In this document: positions 31,107 through 41,480 of the stretch, piece after piece | Layout of the letters: each line of letters begins with the position of its first letter | Position numbering within the stretch: position 1 is the stretch's first letter | Assembly: GCA_019704295.1 (NCBI GenBank) | Contig: AP024596.1 | Coordinates: 992,001-1,056,000 of the forward strand | Length of the DNA: 64,000 nucleotides | Direction of reading: 5' to 3' | Origin: Sulfolobales archaeon HS-7 | Lineage (GTDB): Archaea; Thermoproteota; Thermoprotei_A; Sulfolobales; Sulfolobaceae | Notes under the pieces: generated by a model | Told to the model about the DNA's origin: nothing | Seen by the model: the letters and a program-made list of their open reading frames with translations, nothing else | Database searches by the model: none | Made by a program: the position numbers and the translations under genes

Positions 31107-33611
31107 ATGTCGTCTATTAATGGATTTAGGTATTTTTCTCTAGATGAAGTAAAGAAAAGGGGATACGACATAGATAATTTACCATACTCAATCAAAGTTC
31201 TGATCGAGAATGTGTTGAGGAATATGAACGGAAATACCGTAACTGAGGAGGATCTCGACGCCATATCCTCCTGGAAAGTGGGAAAAGAAATACCCTTCTT
31301 TCCATCAAGGATATTACTTCAAGATTACACAGGTATCCCGCTTCTTGTAGACCTAGCTGGCATGAGATCAGCGATAAAACGATTAAGAGGAAAACCTGAG
31401 GCAGTAAACCCGCTTATACAATCTGACTTGGTCATTGATCACTCAGTACAAGTTGATTACTTCGGAACTACGAACTCCCTAATGCTGAATATGAAAAAAG
31501 AATTTGAAAGGAATATGGAGAGGTATAAGTTTTTAAAATGGGCTCAGGGGAGCTTCTCAAATCTAAGGATAGTGACGCCAGGTCACGGTATTGTTCATCA
31601 GGTAAATATTGAATTCTTATCTCAGGTAGCGTATGTCAAGGATGGTGTTATTTATCCCGATTCCCTGATAGGTACGGATTCTCACACTACAATGGTTAAC
31701 GGAATAGGGGTTTTAGGTTGGGGTGTCGGCGGCCTTGAGGCAGAGGTATCCATGTTGGGAGAGCCTTATCCTTTACTCGTTCCTGAGGTAATAGGTGTTA
31801 AACTGACGGGAGAACTTAATCCTGGAGTTACTCCAACCGACGTCGTCTTATATGTAACTGAGACCTTAAGAAAAATTAACGTGGTAGGTAAATTTGTGGA
31901 GTTCTTTGGACCCTCATTATCAAAATTATCTGCCCAGGATAGATCCACTGTGTCCAATATGGCGCCGGAGTACGGTGCGACTGTAGGCTATTTCCCAGTG
32001 GATAAGAACACTCTTACCTATCTGGAGAAGACTGGGAGGGATCCCGTATTACCTAGAGAGTACTTTAAGTCACAGGGAATGTTCTATAGTTACGAACCTA
32101 TTTATTCGAAGGTCGTAGAAATAAATCTAGGAGATATTGAACCGTCAATAGCGGGTCCTAAAAATCCTGAGGAGAGAGTTCCCCTTAAAGAGGCTAAGTC
32201 GGTTGCTGAAGAACTATGTAAGGACGGTAGGGACGGATCCTTTATCCCCAATTGCGGAATTGCAATAGCCGCTATAACGAGTTGCACTAACACATCAAAT
32301 CCAACAGTAATGCTAGGGGCTGGAATATTAGCTAAAAATGCTATTGAAAGGGGACTTATTAGAAAGCCCTATATTAAGACCAGTACTGCCCCTGGTTCAA
32401 GGGTGGTTACAGATTACTTAGAGAAGACTAACCTTCTCCCCTACCTGGAGGGATTAGGATTTCACGTAGTCGGTTACGGATGTACTACGTGTATCGGAAA
32501 TGCAGGACCATTAATACCCGAAGTAGAGAAAGACGTAAGAGAAGGTACAAAAGCCTTTGCGATTATAAGCGGTAACAGGAACTTTGAGGGAAGAATTAAT
32601 CCGTTGCTTACGGGAACCTTTCTAGCCTCACCAATTCTGGTAGTGGCATACGCTCTAGCAGGAAGGTTTAACGTTGATTTTGAACGTGAACCCATAGGAT
32701 TTGATCCAAATAAGAAGCCGGTATACCTAAGGGATATATGGCCGAGTACGGAGGAAATTAACAAATTACTTGAGAAAGCTATGGACCCTGAAATATTCAA
32801 GGAGAAGTATGCTGATGCATTCGAGGGAAATGAGGATTGGAATAAACTTTCAGTAGAAAAAGGCGAGTTATACTCATGGGATACTTCCTCTACCTACATT
32901 AGGGAACCGCCTTGGTTCTGGGGAGAAGGTTGGAAAATGGGGGACATAGTCGGTGCAAAAATACTGGCCCTTTTCGGAGATAGAGTAACGACAGATCATA
33001 TCTCCCCTGCAGGTCCAATAACCCCTGACTCCCTAGCGGGAGAGTACTTAAGAGCACTAGGCGTAACCGAGTTAAATACTTTTGGAGCAAGAAGGGGGAA
33101 CCATGAAGTGATGTTAAGAGGAGGATTTTCCAACCCTAAGATAAAGAACATGATGGTCGATAAAATAGGAGGATATACGAAGTATGAGGGAAAGGTAGTA
33201 ACGATTTACGAGGCGGCAATGAATTACCAGAAAAAAGGAATTCCACTGGTAATTTTTGCTGGGAAGCAGTACGGTACTGGTAGTTCGCGCGACTGGGCAG
33301 CGAAAGTTACTGCTCTTTTAGGAGTAAGAGTAGTTATTGCAGAGAGCTTTGAGAGGATTCACAGGAGTAATTTAGTAGCGATGGGGGTAATACCAATAGA
33401 AGGGATAGATTGGAGACAATTAGGACTTACTGGAGATGAGACAATTAACGTTAGAGGACTTAACGAGCTGACACCGAAGAAGAAAGTCACGGTAGAAATT
33501 GGCAATAAAACGGTAGAGGGAATAGCCCGCGTTGACAATAAAATAGAACTAGAGTACGTTAAAAGTGGCGGGGTATTTAGATACGCTCTTAATAAGGTCT
33601 TGTCGAAGTAA
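31107..33611 (+). CDS. acnA: Aconitate hydratase AcnA
   Basis: QDYTG, DHSVQVD, GTDSHT, AITSCTN, GCTTCIGN, TTDHISPAG, GSSRDWAAK; ATG 31107 fits TATA spacing (track start 31089). Confidence 0.96.
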   Translation: MSSINGFRYFSLDEVKKRGYDIDNLPYSIKVLIENVLRNMNGNTVTEEDLDAISSWKVGKEIPFFPSRILLQDYTGIPLLVDLAGMRSAIKRLRGKPEAVNPLIQSDLVIDHSVQVDYFGTTNSLMLNMKKEFERNMERYKFLKWAQGSFSNLRIVTPGHGIVHQVNIEFLSQVAYVKDGVIYPDSLIGTDSHTTMVNGIGVLGWGVGGLEAEVSMLGEPYPLLVPEVIGVKLTGELNPGVTPTDVVLYVTETLRKINVVGKFVEFFGPSLSKLSAQDRSTVSNMAPEYGATVGYFPVDKNTLTYLEKTGRDPVLPREYFKSQGMFYSYEPIYSKVVEINLGDIEPSIAGPKNPEERVPLKEAKSVAEELCKDGRDGSFIPNCGIAIAAITSCTNTSNPTVMLGAGILAKNAIERGLIRKPYIKTSTAPGSRVVTDYLEKTNLLPYLEGLGFHVVGYGCTTCIGNAGPLIPEVEKDVREGTKAFAIISGNRNFEGRINPLLTGTFLASPILVVAYALAGRFNVDFEREPIGFDPNKKPVYLRDIWPSTEEINKLLEKAMDPEIFKEKYADAFEGNEDWNKLSVEKGELYSWDTSSTYIREPPWFWGEGWKMGDIVGAKILALFGDRVTTDHISPAGPITPDSLAGEYLRALGVTELNTFGARRGNHEVMLRGGFSNPKIKNMMVDKIGGYTKYEGKVVTIYEAAMNYQKKGIPLVIFAGKQYGTGSSRDWAAKVTALLGVRVVIAESFERIHRSNLVAMGVIPIEGIDWRQLGLTGDETINVRGLNELTPKKKVTVEIGNKTVEGIARVDNKIELEYVKSGGVFRYALNKVLSK

Positions 33612-33659
33612 ACTCTTTCCCAACGGTTGATTTTTATTGTTTTACGTGCAATACCATTT

Positions 33660-35126
33660 ATGTTAAGGATAAATCATTTCATAAACGGAGAGTTCGTAAT
33701 TCCTCACGGCGAGGATTACAAGGAGAAGCGTTCTCCTAATGACGGAAAAGTGTTAGCGGAGGTTGCCAATGGAGGAAGAGAAGACGCGAAAAGAGGTATT
33801 GACGCAGCATATGAGTCTCATAAGTCATGGTCAAAATTGCCACCTATCAAGAGGGCTGAATACCTTAGCAAATTTCTCGAAATCTATAAGTCAAGCGTGA
33901 ATACATTTCAGGAGTATCTGATAAGAGAGGCCGGTGGAATAAAGAAGAAGGCTTGGGCTGAGACCTTATTCACTGAGAGGTTAATATCCAACGCCATCGA
34001 GGTCGCTAGGCATGTTAATGGTGAGAATATTCCATCAGATAGTGAGGGGCAGTTAAACATAGTTTTTAAGAAACCTAAGGGCGTTACTTCCGTAATAACT
34101 CCATGGAATTACCCACTTTCCATCTCCATCAAGAAGGTTATGCATTCCTTAGCTTTTGGAAATACAGTTGTGTTAAAGACCTCAAGCGAAACGCCAATGA
34201 CGGGGTACTTAATAGCTGACGTTGCACAGAAATCTCTTCCAAAAGGCGTCCTTAATGTGATATTTGGTTCTGGCTCTGTAGTAGGGGATGAGATGGTTAC
34301 TAACAAAAAGGTTTCACATATCACATTCACTGGTGAGACAGTAACGGGAAAGGAAATAGCATCAAAAGCTGGAGGAAATTTAAAAAGCGTAACGTTAGAA
34401 TTAGGAGGGAGTGATCCGCTTATTATAATGGACGACGTGGATATCGATTACGCTACTAGACTAGCTGTTTTTGGAGCGTTCTTTCATCAAGGGCAGATAT
34501 GTACGTCGTCAAAGAGGATCTTAGTTCATGAGAGGATTTACGATAGGTTCGTAAGTCGATTTATGGAAGCGGTTAATAACCTAGTGGTTGGCGATCCTGA
34601 ACTAGAAAACACTGATATTGGTCCCCTCATAAATGAGAGACAAGTTTCGGCGATGCAAGAATTTGTTAAAGATTCTCAGGATCGTGGGGGTAAAATAATA
34701 TCTGGAGGGAAGTTCAAGGAAAACTACTTTTATCCGACGGTAGTCACTGACGTTGACGCGAACTTTAAGATAATGAAGGAGGAGGTTTTCGGACCTGTAA
34801 GACCTGTAGTGCGTTTTTCAACAAAGGAGGAGGCTATTGACATAGCTAATTCTACGGAATATGGACTGTCGGGGGCCGTATTGACTAACAATATTAACAC
34901 TGCCTTATTTTTCGTTGAAAACGTAGAAGCAGGTATGTTCCATGTTAACGATGTAACATTTCTTGAGGAGTCCCACATACCATTTGGAGGGATAAAGAGT
35001 AGTGGATTGGGAAGAGAAGGAGGATTATACTCCGCTAGGGAAACTATGTACGATAAATGGGTTACATTTACTACAAGGACTAAGCGATTTCCAATCCCAG
35101 CTTCACTGAAAGAGAAAACTAATTAA
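33660..35126 (+). CDS. NAD(P)-dependent aldehyde dehydrogenase
   Basis: ITPWNYP, FTGET, LELGG, GQICTS, EEVFGP; ATG 33660 fits TATA spacing (track start 33627). Confidence 0.93.
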   Translation: MLRINHFINGEFVIPHGEDYKEKRSPNDGKVLAEVANGGREDAKRGIDAAYESHKSWSKLPPIKRAEYLSKFLEIYKSSVNTFQEYLIREAGGIKKKAWAETLFTERLISNAIEVARHVNGENIPSDSEGQLNIVFKKPKGVTSVITPWNYPLSISIKKVMHSLAFGNTVVLKTSSETPMTGYLIADVAQKSLPKGVLNVIFGSGSVVGDEMVTNKKVSHITFTGETVTGKEIASKAGGNLKSVTLELGGSDPLIIMDDVDIDYATRLAVFGAFFHQGQICTSSKRILVHERIYDRFVSRFMEAVNNLVVGDPELENTDIGPLINERQVSAMQEFVKDSQDRGGKIISGGKFKENYFYPTVVTDVDANFKIMKEEVFGPVRPVVRFSTKEEAIDIANSTEYGLSGAVLTNNINTALFFVENVEAGMFHVNDVTFLEESHIPFGGIKSSGLGREGGLYSARETMYDKWVTFTTRTKRFPIPASLKEKTN

Positions 35127-35182
35127 TTTCTTTATTTCTATTTTTTAAATATAGTGTTATTTAATTTTATGGAAGTTTTTAT

Positions 35183-35570
35183 CTTAATGGAAGTTAAGGG
35201 CATGAGGAATCATGTGGATGAGTGATCCATCATTTGAACATTTTTTCCCAGGCTGTAAATGTTTGACATAGAGTACCTCTACAGCGATTAAATGAGTTTT
35301 GAGGCCGTAAAAAAGTGCCTAAGAAGTTACCGTGAGATTGGTAAAACCACCTGCTCCGGGCACACGTTAGTAACATTCCATCGGCTCAGGAGTATTACGT
35401 AATGTCAGTCTTAGAAGTAAGGTAAACCTAGCTTTCCACGATTTGTGTTGGAAGCGAGAACGTCGAGAGATCTGACGTTGTCTGTTCAGGTTTCACCTGT
35501 CCTAACTATTGATTAAATCATAGCATCTCACTATTACGCTCTTCCAACGTATTAAACGGTTAGTAATCAG
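35183..35570 (+). pseudogene. Decayed tnpB / IS605 relic
   Basis: TTTTTATCTTAATGG identical to the intact element's left junction; broken frames give VNLAF...DLTLS...FTCPN, matching the TnpB C-terminal Zn-finger region. Confidence 0.55.
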
Positions 35571-36001
35571 AAACACCTGCTGTACTACAAAGCTTTTTAA
35601 GTAAGGTATAAGAGAAAGGTTTGGGCTCCATAGGATTTCATGACATTTCATTTCATTCCTCATCCCTCGGATTTCATTAAAGTCACGGGACAGTGTGAGG
35701 TTCATCCTTCTTTGTCTCATTGGAGGGATAACCTAACCTGCTCATGGATGTGGATAAATGTGGACATCTTATGCTCTGTCACCCTTAGGGAAACTCGTCC
35801 GCATCCGGTGACAAGATTTATAAAACATATATTATATAAAAAATATATAAACTTCACTGTGTATCTGAAACTATTGATAATGGAGCAAATCTTGTCCTTA
35901 GGAGAGTTCGCTAACTACAATAATAATCTGATATACCGTGAATAATAACACAAGAGTGGGAGGTCAATAAGGTTAAATTAGATAAAATTAATAGTGTGAA
36001 C

Positions 36002-38032
36002 ATGTCGCGTGCAGCGAGATTTGCGCTATTACTGTTTTCTGTCGTAGAAATTCTAATCGTATTTCTTATACTTAATGCGACTCATTCATTCTATGCGGAG
36101 CTAGAAATAGTTCTGGTTATGACAATAAGTGTTCCGTGTATACTTCTCTCCTTAACTGGATCCCAGTTTCCTGGATTTATTCTTATTGGAGCGATCTCAC
36201 CGATTATATTTGCATATAGTGAACATCTTTATCCAACAAATGCAGGTTATGTCTTAATCGGTTCATCTCTTATATTGATTCTCTCTTGGTTGCTTTATGC
36301 CCTTACCGTTAGAGGTAAGAAAATCAGGAATGCACTAGGAGGCCTCGGTGCGTTATTCTATGTTATTGCTATTCTATATACTCTATTACCATTGCACCTA
36401 TCAGGGTTTACATTGAGTAAACTTATTACTAATTTTGAAACAGGGTATTCGTCACCTCTTGGCTTCGTTCTGCTTATCCTATCATCATCATTCATAGGAT
36501 TTTCAGCTTTTACTACCCCCAATGTTATGAAACTTAGACAGAATGGTCTTCCAAGGAGAGCGGAATGGTCGGTAACAGTAAACGGGGTTAAAAGAAAGAC
36601 TAAGGGTAAGACGATATCTATCAAATACGAGGGAGAAAGCTACTGGGTTGTCGAACCTGTATTTAAGAAAAACGATAAATTCGTACCTTTTCCTCAAAGT
36701 GGGAAAACATTGCCTGGAACCATTAACGTTGAGTTTAGGAAAGCGTATATCGTCGTTTTTAGGCAACAGGGATTGCCTAAAGATGTTCAATGGAGTGTGA
36801 TAGTGAACGGAAGGGCTTGGAGTGGGTACGGGGATATAAACGTAGAGGTTTTTGAGACTAATGCTGAGTATGAAGTTAGACCTTTATCAATAAACGGAAT
36901 GTGGTATCTCCCTAAAGAAAGAATTGGTAAAATACAGGGAGGAAAAACTATTACTGTAAATTTCATGAGAGTAGACTCAGCTCAATCAGTGCCTCAAATT
37001 CCATCATCTTCACAATCATCCCAGACCTCCGTAACGATACCAAGGAGTTTAAGGAACTGGGAACCTTCTGTTTGGATAGGAAGAGAGATAGGGGGTTATA
37101 AAGTAATGGAAGTCATAGGGCGCGGAGGTACATCATATGTACTTAAGGGAACTCTTTCAGGAAGTTTAAGAGCCCTTAAGATCCCTATAATAGGTGAGGG
37201 TGATAAGGAACAGTTAATATTCTCAGAATTGGCATCGGAGTTTAAGAACCTTGACGAACTTTCAAAGAAGACGGAAAACGTAGTTCAGCTCTATGGATTT
37301 GGCGGTGGGACGGATATAATTAGGGCGATAAAGAACGGTAACTTAGAATTATACGCTAACTCCCCCCCATATATTGTTATGGAACTAATGGAAGGCGGAG
37401 ACGCTAAGGGGATATCGGACAATGATGCTATTTTCTACTGGCCTAAATATTATAAAATAGTTCTGATTATAATTCAGAAAATATCTGGAGCTCTAGCTGT
37501 AATTCACGCAAGTAACTACGTTCACATGGACGTTAAACCCCAGAATATATTTTTCAGCAATAAACCTGGTACAACAGCTTCGGAGGTGCTTAACAATCTT
37601 AATAATGGACTAGTCAAGGTGAAACTGGGGGACTTAGGTTCGGCAAGAAGGATTGGAGATAAGATTATTCAATTGACTACAGCCTATTCTCCCCCTGATG
37701 CAATTATCGCTTACTTAAAGAATGAAGGTACTTATCCTGCTATAGATGTTTTTTCCCTAGGAGCTACCGCACTATATCTATTAACTAGACAAGCAGTTTA
37801 CGAGCAGGACACCCTCACTTTACTGAACTTATCGTTAGATAACAAGTCGTTAGATCTCGCAAATAAAGCAGCATACCGCTATTCTGAGTTGTGGAGAAAC
37901 ATGAGCAAACCTGTTAACGTTCCAGATCAGCTGTGGGCATTAGTTAAAGCAATGCTGAACCCATCTCCTAGTATGAGACCTGCAAGCAAGGAAATAGCGT
38001 ACAAACTACTGAGCATCAAGGATACGCTTTAG
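36002..38032 (+). CDS. Membrane-bound Hanks-type Ser/Thr protein kinase
   Basis: About 6 TM helices; two GLP..WSV.VNG repeats; IGRGGTSYV, ALKIP, VMELMEGG, HMDVKPQN, LGDLG, DVFSLG, RP. Confidence 0.93.
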   Translation: MSRAARFALLLFSVVEILIVFLILNATHSFYAELEIVLVMTISVPCILLSLTGSQFPGFILIGAISPIIFAYSEHLYPTNAGYVLIGSSLILILSWLLYALTVRGKKIRNALGGLGALFYVIAILYTLLPLHLSGFTLSKLITNFETGYSSPLGFVLLILSSSFIGFSAFTTPNVMKLRQNGLPRRAEWSVTVNGVKRKTKGKTISIKYEGESYWVVEPVFKKNDKFVPFPQSGKTLPGTINVEFRKAYIVVFRQQGLPKDVQWSVIVNGRAWSGYGDINVEVFETNAEYEVRPLSINGMWYLPKERIGKIQGGKTITVNFMRVDSAQSVPQIPSSSQSSQTSVTIPRSLRNWEPSVWIGREIGGYKVMEVIGRGGTSYVLKGTLSGSLRALKIPIIGEGDKEQLIFSELASEFKNLDELSKKTENVVQLYGFGGGTDIIRAIKNGNLELYANSPPYIVMELMEGGDAKGISDNDAIFYWPKYYKIVLIIIQKISGALAVIHASNYVHMDVKPQNIFFSNKPGTTASEVLNNLNNGLVKVKLGDLGSARRIGDKIIQLTTAYSPPDAIIAYLKNEGTYPAIDVFSLGATALYLLTRQAVYEQDTLTLLNLSLDNKSLDLANKAAYRYSELWRNMSKPVNVPDQLWALVKAMLNPSPSMRPASKEIAYKLLSIKDTL

Positions 38033-39328
38033 GAATTCTCTCATTTTATCAGTTAAACTATCTGGATTCCGTATGGCTTCATTAACCTCTTCGTTATTCA
38101 ATTTGAGTACGTCTATACCAGAAATTTCTATATTTTTTGCATTAGTTATTAAGAATACTTTCTTTACCCGCACCCCATCAACTTCGGTAACCTTAACTAT
38201 CTTCTCTAGATTAGAGGGCGTATTCAAGGTGTCTCCATCAACTATCTTAACTTCCCCGAGATATGCGTCATTTTGAACTCTAAAGTATATGTCGGGAGTT
38301 ACAGTGCCATCATCTGTATCGATTCTCCTTCCCTTAGGGTGAACGTAAGATATTCCCATTTCCTTTGCAATTGATATAAGTGTTTTCCTTACGGATTTTT
38401 CTAATTCCCTTGAAATATCCCGAGGATCTCCCTCTAGTTTAGCAGGAGGAACATTCCTTATCTGTTTCACTTTTTCCTCAAGACTTCTCCTTATCTTATT
38501 CGTATCCGGACCTACTTCATTTATCAAATTAGTGTATATTTCCTTTGCCTTATCTAAGAGCGATGATACGGTCTTCTCCTCTATAAGGATCCTTGCTAAA
38601 ACGTCTGCTAAGTCAGGACAATAATACCTTAGTATGTCCTCCTTTTCCTCCTCCGTTAGATCACCACTTAGATCAACCTTAATTGGCATTTCGATCAGTC
38701 TCCTTTGAATAGCCTTGTCCATTTCCTTACTGGTCTCTTCTATTGGCATTGCCATTACAACTGGCACCTTAGTACCGGAATTCAACAGTCTATGTAATGG
38801 CATTACATGTCCTTCCTTAATTCTGATTTCATCAACAAGCAAGGGTAGAGCTGAGTCACTAAGGAACTCAATAATACCATCTATATCCTTACTGTACTCC
38901 TTGCACGCAATTCTAAGTTCTGCGATATTATGCTCTAAGAGTAGCTTATTACAGTTTTTCTTCAACCACTTTCTAAAATCTCGCGGTAAGGAAAAAAACC
39001 CGTAACCTAACTCCTTTTTCTTCTGATTAAGTCGCATTATCGCTTTCTCCCTTATTGTAAGGATGTCTTGAGACTCCCAAAATACATCCTCAAACCTATC
39101 CTTACCGGAGAGATCAACGTATAATGCACCTCTATCAACGAAGTCGGTATATATCTTTCTGAGTAAAGTGGTCTTCCCCATACCTGGAGGTCCGGTAATT
39201 AGCACGATTCCATTTCTCTCGATTTCTGCCTCTGCTATTTTCAGACCTTGTTCCCACCTTTTACCGACTGGTTTTAATTCCGTGTCGTTCCACGATGTTA
39301 ACGTTCTAGATGGAAAAGTGCAGTTCAA
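38006..39328 (-). CDS. P-loop ATPase with C-terminal PD-(D/E)xK nuclease-like domain
   Basis: Walker A GPPGMGKT, Walker B LLVDE; TPDIYF...LGEVK. Confidence 0.8.
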   Translation of the reverse strand: MNCTFPSRTLTSWNDTELKPVGKRWEQGLKIAEAEIERNGIVLITGPPGMGKTTLLRKIYTDFVDRGALYVDLSGKDRFEDVFWESQDILTIREKAIMRLNQKKKELGYGFFSLPRDFRKWLKKNCNKLLLEHNIAELRIACKEYSKDIDGIIEFLSDSALPLLVDEIRIKEGHVMPLHRLLNSGTKVPVVMAMPIEETSKEMDKAIQRRLIEMPIKVDLSGDLTEEEKEDILRYYCPDLADVLARILIEEKTVSSLLDKAKEIYTNLINEVGPDTNKIRRSLEEKVKQIRNVPPAKLEGDPRDISRELEKSVRKTLISIAKEMGISYVHPKGRRIDTDDGTVTPDIYFRVQNDAYLGEVKIVDGDTLNTPSNLEKIVKVTEVDGVRVKKVFLITNAKNIEISGIDVLKLNNEEVNEAIRNPDSLTDKMREFLKRILDAQ

Positions 39329-39329
39329 A

Positions 39330-39896
39330 CTACCTTCGCCTTATGATACCACAAATAGTTCCGTTAACTAATATTCCTTCCTCTCCTCCCGGAATTAACT
39401 CGTAGTTAGCTTGAACGTAATTGCTCAACTTACTGTAAAATTCCTCTTTGGTAACTCCCATCTGCTCCCTTATTAGCTTTAAATTAGCTACACCTAGAGC
39501 GTTCTTGACCTTGTTATAATATTCGTCGAAGATTTTCTCCATATTGGGAAAATTAACGGGATTTTGAGTTATCTTAAGATATTCTTTGATATACCTAATT
39601 TCCGACATTAACTCCTTCAGCATTTCATTATTCGTTTCCTCAAGCTTTATGACGTAGTCCATCTTATCCTTCTCACGGCTTTGATCAATCTTAGGTGTTC
39701 TTTCTCCAAGTTCTATCAGCTTTACCCTATATGAGTTAGGCGTCTTTTCCTTTATTGCTAATCCTCTAGACGTTATTACCTCAACTATGGCGTCAACGTC
39801 TTCATAGGAAATCTTGAGTAGTTTTTTGATATCTCCCCTAGTTAATTGGTTTTTCTCTTTTAGTTTTCCTATTAATTTATTTACATATTCTTCCAT
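39330..39896 (-). CDS. Putative winged-helix / coiled-coil DNA-binding protein
   Basis: N-terminal [25 protein letters not shown]-like pattern, central coiled coil, C-terminal [18 protein letters not shown]-like segment; ATG overlaps gad end (track start 39914). Confidence 0.7.
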   Translation of the reverse strand: MEEYVNKLIGKLKEKNQLTRGDIKKLLKISYEDVDAIVEVITSRGLAIKEKTPNSYRVKLIELGERTPKIDQSREKDKMDYVIKLEETNNEMLKELMSEIRYIKEYLKITQNPVNFPNMEKIFDEYYNKVKNALGVANLKLIREQMGVTKEEFYSKLSNYVQANYELIPGGEEGILVNGTICGIIRRR

Positions 39897-41044
39897 GTTC
39901 CCTTGACTACCCACACCGGTTCCTCCATAACATCGAGTTCCTTGGGCTCTACGGCGTACTCCTCTAATTTCTTCTCATTAACTGAAACGCCTAGTCCAGG
40001 TTTAGAGGGAACTTTAACGTGTCCACGTACGACCTCAATCTCTCCATTAATTATTTCCTTTTTCCAATCTGGAAACCAATCATAGAATGATTCTAACATT
40101 AGCAGATTTGGAGTGACAGCACTTATTTGAAGAGATGCAGTGTATTGAATAGGTCCGAACGCATTGTGATATGCGATCTCAAGGTCGTATGCCTCAGTTA
40201 ACGCTACAACCTTTCTCGCAATCGTGAATCCGCCGATGTTTGTTATATCTGGTTGTAAGATATTCACTAATCCTAAGTAAACGGGTATTTCCTTTAATGA
40301 AACCAGTCTCTCTCCCATAGCAATTCTTAGCGACACCTCCTTCCTGTATTTTTCATATCCCTTGATGTCTTCATGATGCACGGGCTCTTCTACGAAGACA
40401 GGATCGTATTTTTCAAGCATTTTCCCTATCATTATTGCAGAATTAGCGTTAAATCTGCCGTGATGTTCAATCATCACGTCCAAGTGATCTTTAACAGCCT
40501 TTACCCTCGCTTCGGCTTCCTTTACCCCCTTAAAGTCGATCCAGTTATAATACATGCCAAACGGGTCGAATTTTGCTGCTTGGTATCCCATTGATGCTAC
40601 ATCATGTGCCTTCTTTCCGAAGGATTCAGGGGTTACGCAATCCTGGTACCATCCATTTGCGTAAACAGGTATTTCATCCCTAACCTTTCCTCCTAACAAC
40701 TTGTATATTGGTGCTCCCAGTTCTTTCCCTAAAAGGTCCCACTCTGCGATGTCTATTGCGCTAAAGGCGGTTACGGTATCAAAAGCTCTGCTGTAGTAAA
40801 AGTCCTGCTTGTACCATTCCTGGTAGTTTTTCTCCACTTCTTCAACTTCCTTTCCTACAAAGGCCTTTGCAACCTGTTTAACTGCATTAGCAACTGTAAT
40901 AACTCTAAGCGTGGGAACCGCCTCACCATATCCTACCTCTCCATTTGACGTTGTGACTTTGACTATAATAGAGGAAGACGCCCATGTTGCACTTCCCTTC
41001 TCTTTATGTGTTAATACTATTGGTTTTATTTCAGAGATCTTCAT
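39881..41044 (-). CDS. gad: Gluconate/galactonate dehydratase (enolase superfamily)
   Basis: [53 protein letters not shown] match Sulfolobus GAD. Confidence 0.92.
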   Translation of the reverse strand: MKISEIKPIVLTHKEKGSATWASSSIIVKVTTSNGEVGYGEAVPTLRVITVANAVKQVAKAFVGKEVEEVEKNYQEWYKQDFYYSRAFDTVTAFSAIDIAEWDLLGKELGAPIYKLLGGKVRDEIPVYANGWYQDCVTPESFGKKAHDVASMGYQAAKFDPFGMYYNWIDFKGVKEAEARVKAVKDHLDVMIEHHGRFNANSAIMIGKMLEKYDPVFVEEPVHHEDIKGYEKYRKEVSLRIAMGERLVSLKEIPVYLGLVNILQPDITNIGGFTIARKVVALTEAYDLEIAYHNAFGPIQYTASLQISAVTPNLLMLESFYDWFPDWKKEIINGEIEVVRGHVKVPSKPGLGVSVNEKKLEEYAVEPKELDVMEEPVWVVKGTWKNM

Positions 41045-41480
41045 GAATAGGATTTAATCATTAAAAATATTTAACTTGATTGTCGGTTTTGGGGTAATTT
41101 AGGGTTCTTTGCGAATTATAATTTATAAGAAAGATGGATGAAATAAAGTAAATTGTTGAGCGTAAATCCCCTACTAGCCATTACGGTTATATTGAATTAA
41201 ATTTGTTATAGTTAATGGAATAAACTAAATTAGCGAAGGAGACGTCAATCGCCCGTTTTCTTCTACAACTCCAGAAGTGGATTCCTCCTTCTTAACAGGA
41301 ATGAGGTGCAAAGAAAGGATCTGAGGCTCCTTTTTCTTAATTTTGCGATTTCAAAGAATTCATAATAGCAAGTACTCGATCTTTCCTAAAGTTATCACTC
41401 TATAATCTCCTAGATCATTCCTCTATATTGGAATGAATTCCACCGATCTGTTTTAAATTGGTAGAGTATATTACACCAAC

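Noticed and set aside
35502-35945. Track ORFs 35502-35720 and 35640-35945
   Set aside because: Overlap the decayed IS and AT-rich promoter DNA; atypical composition
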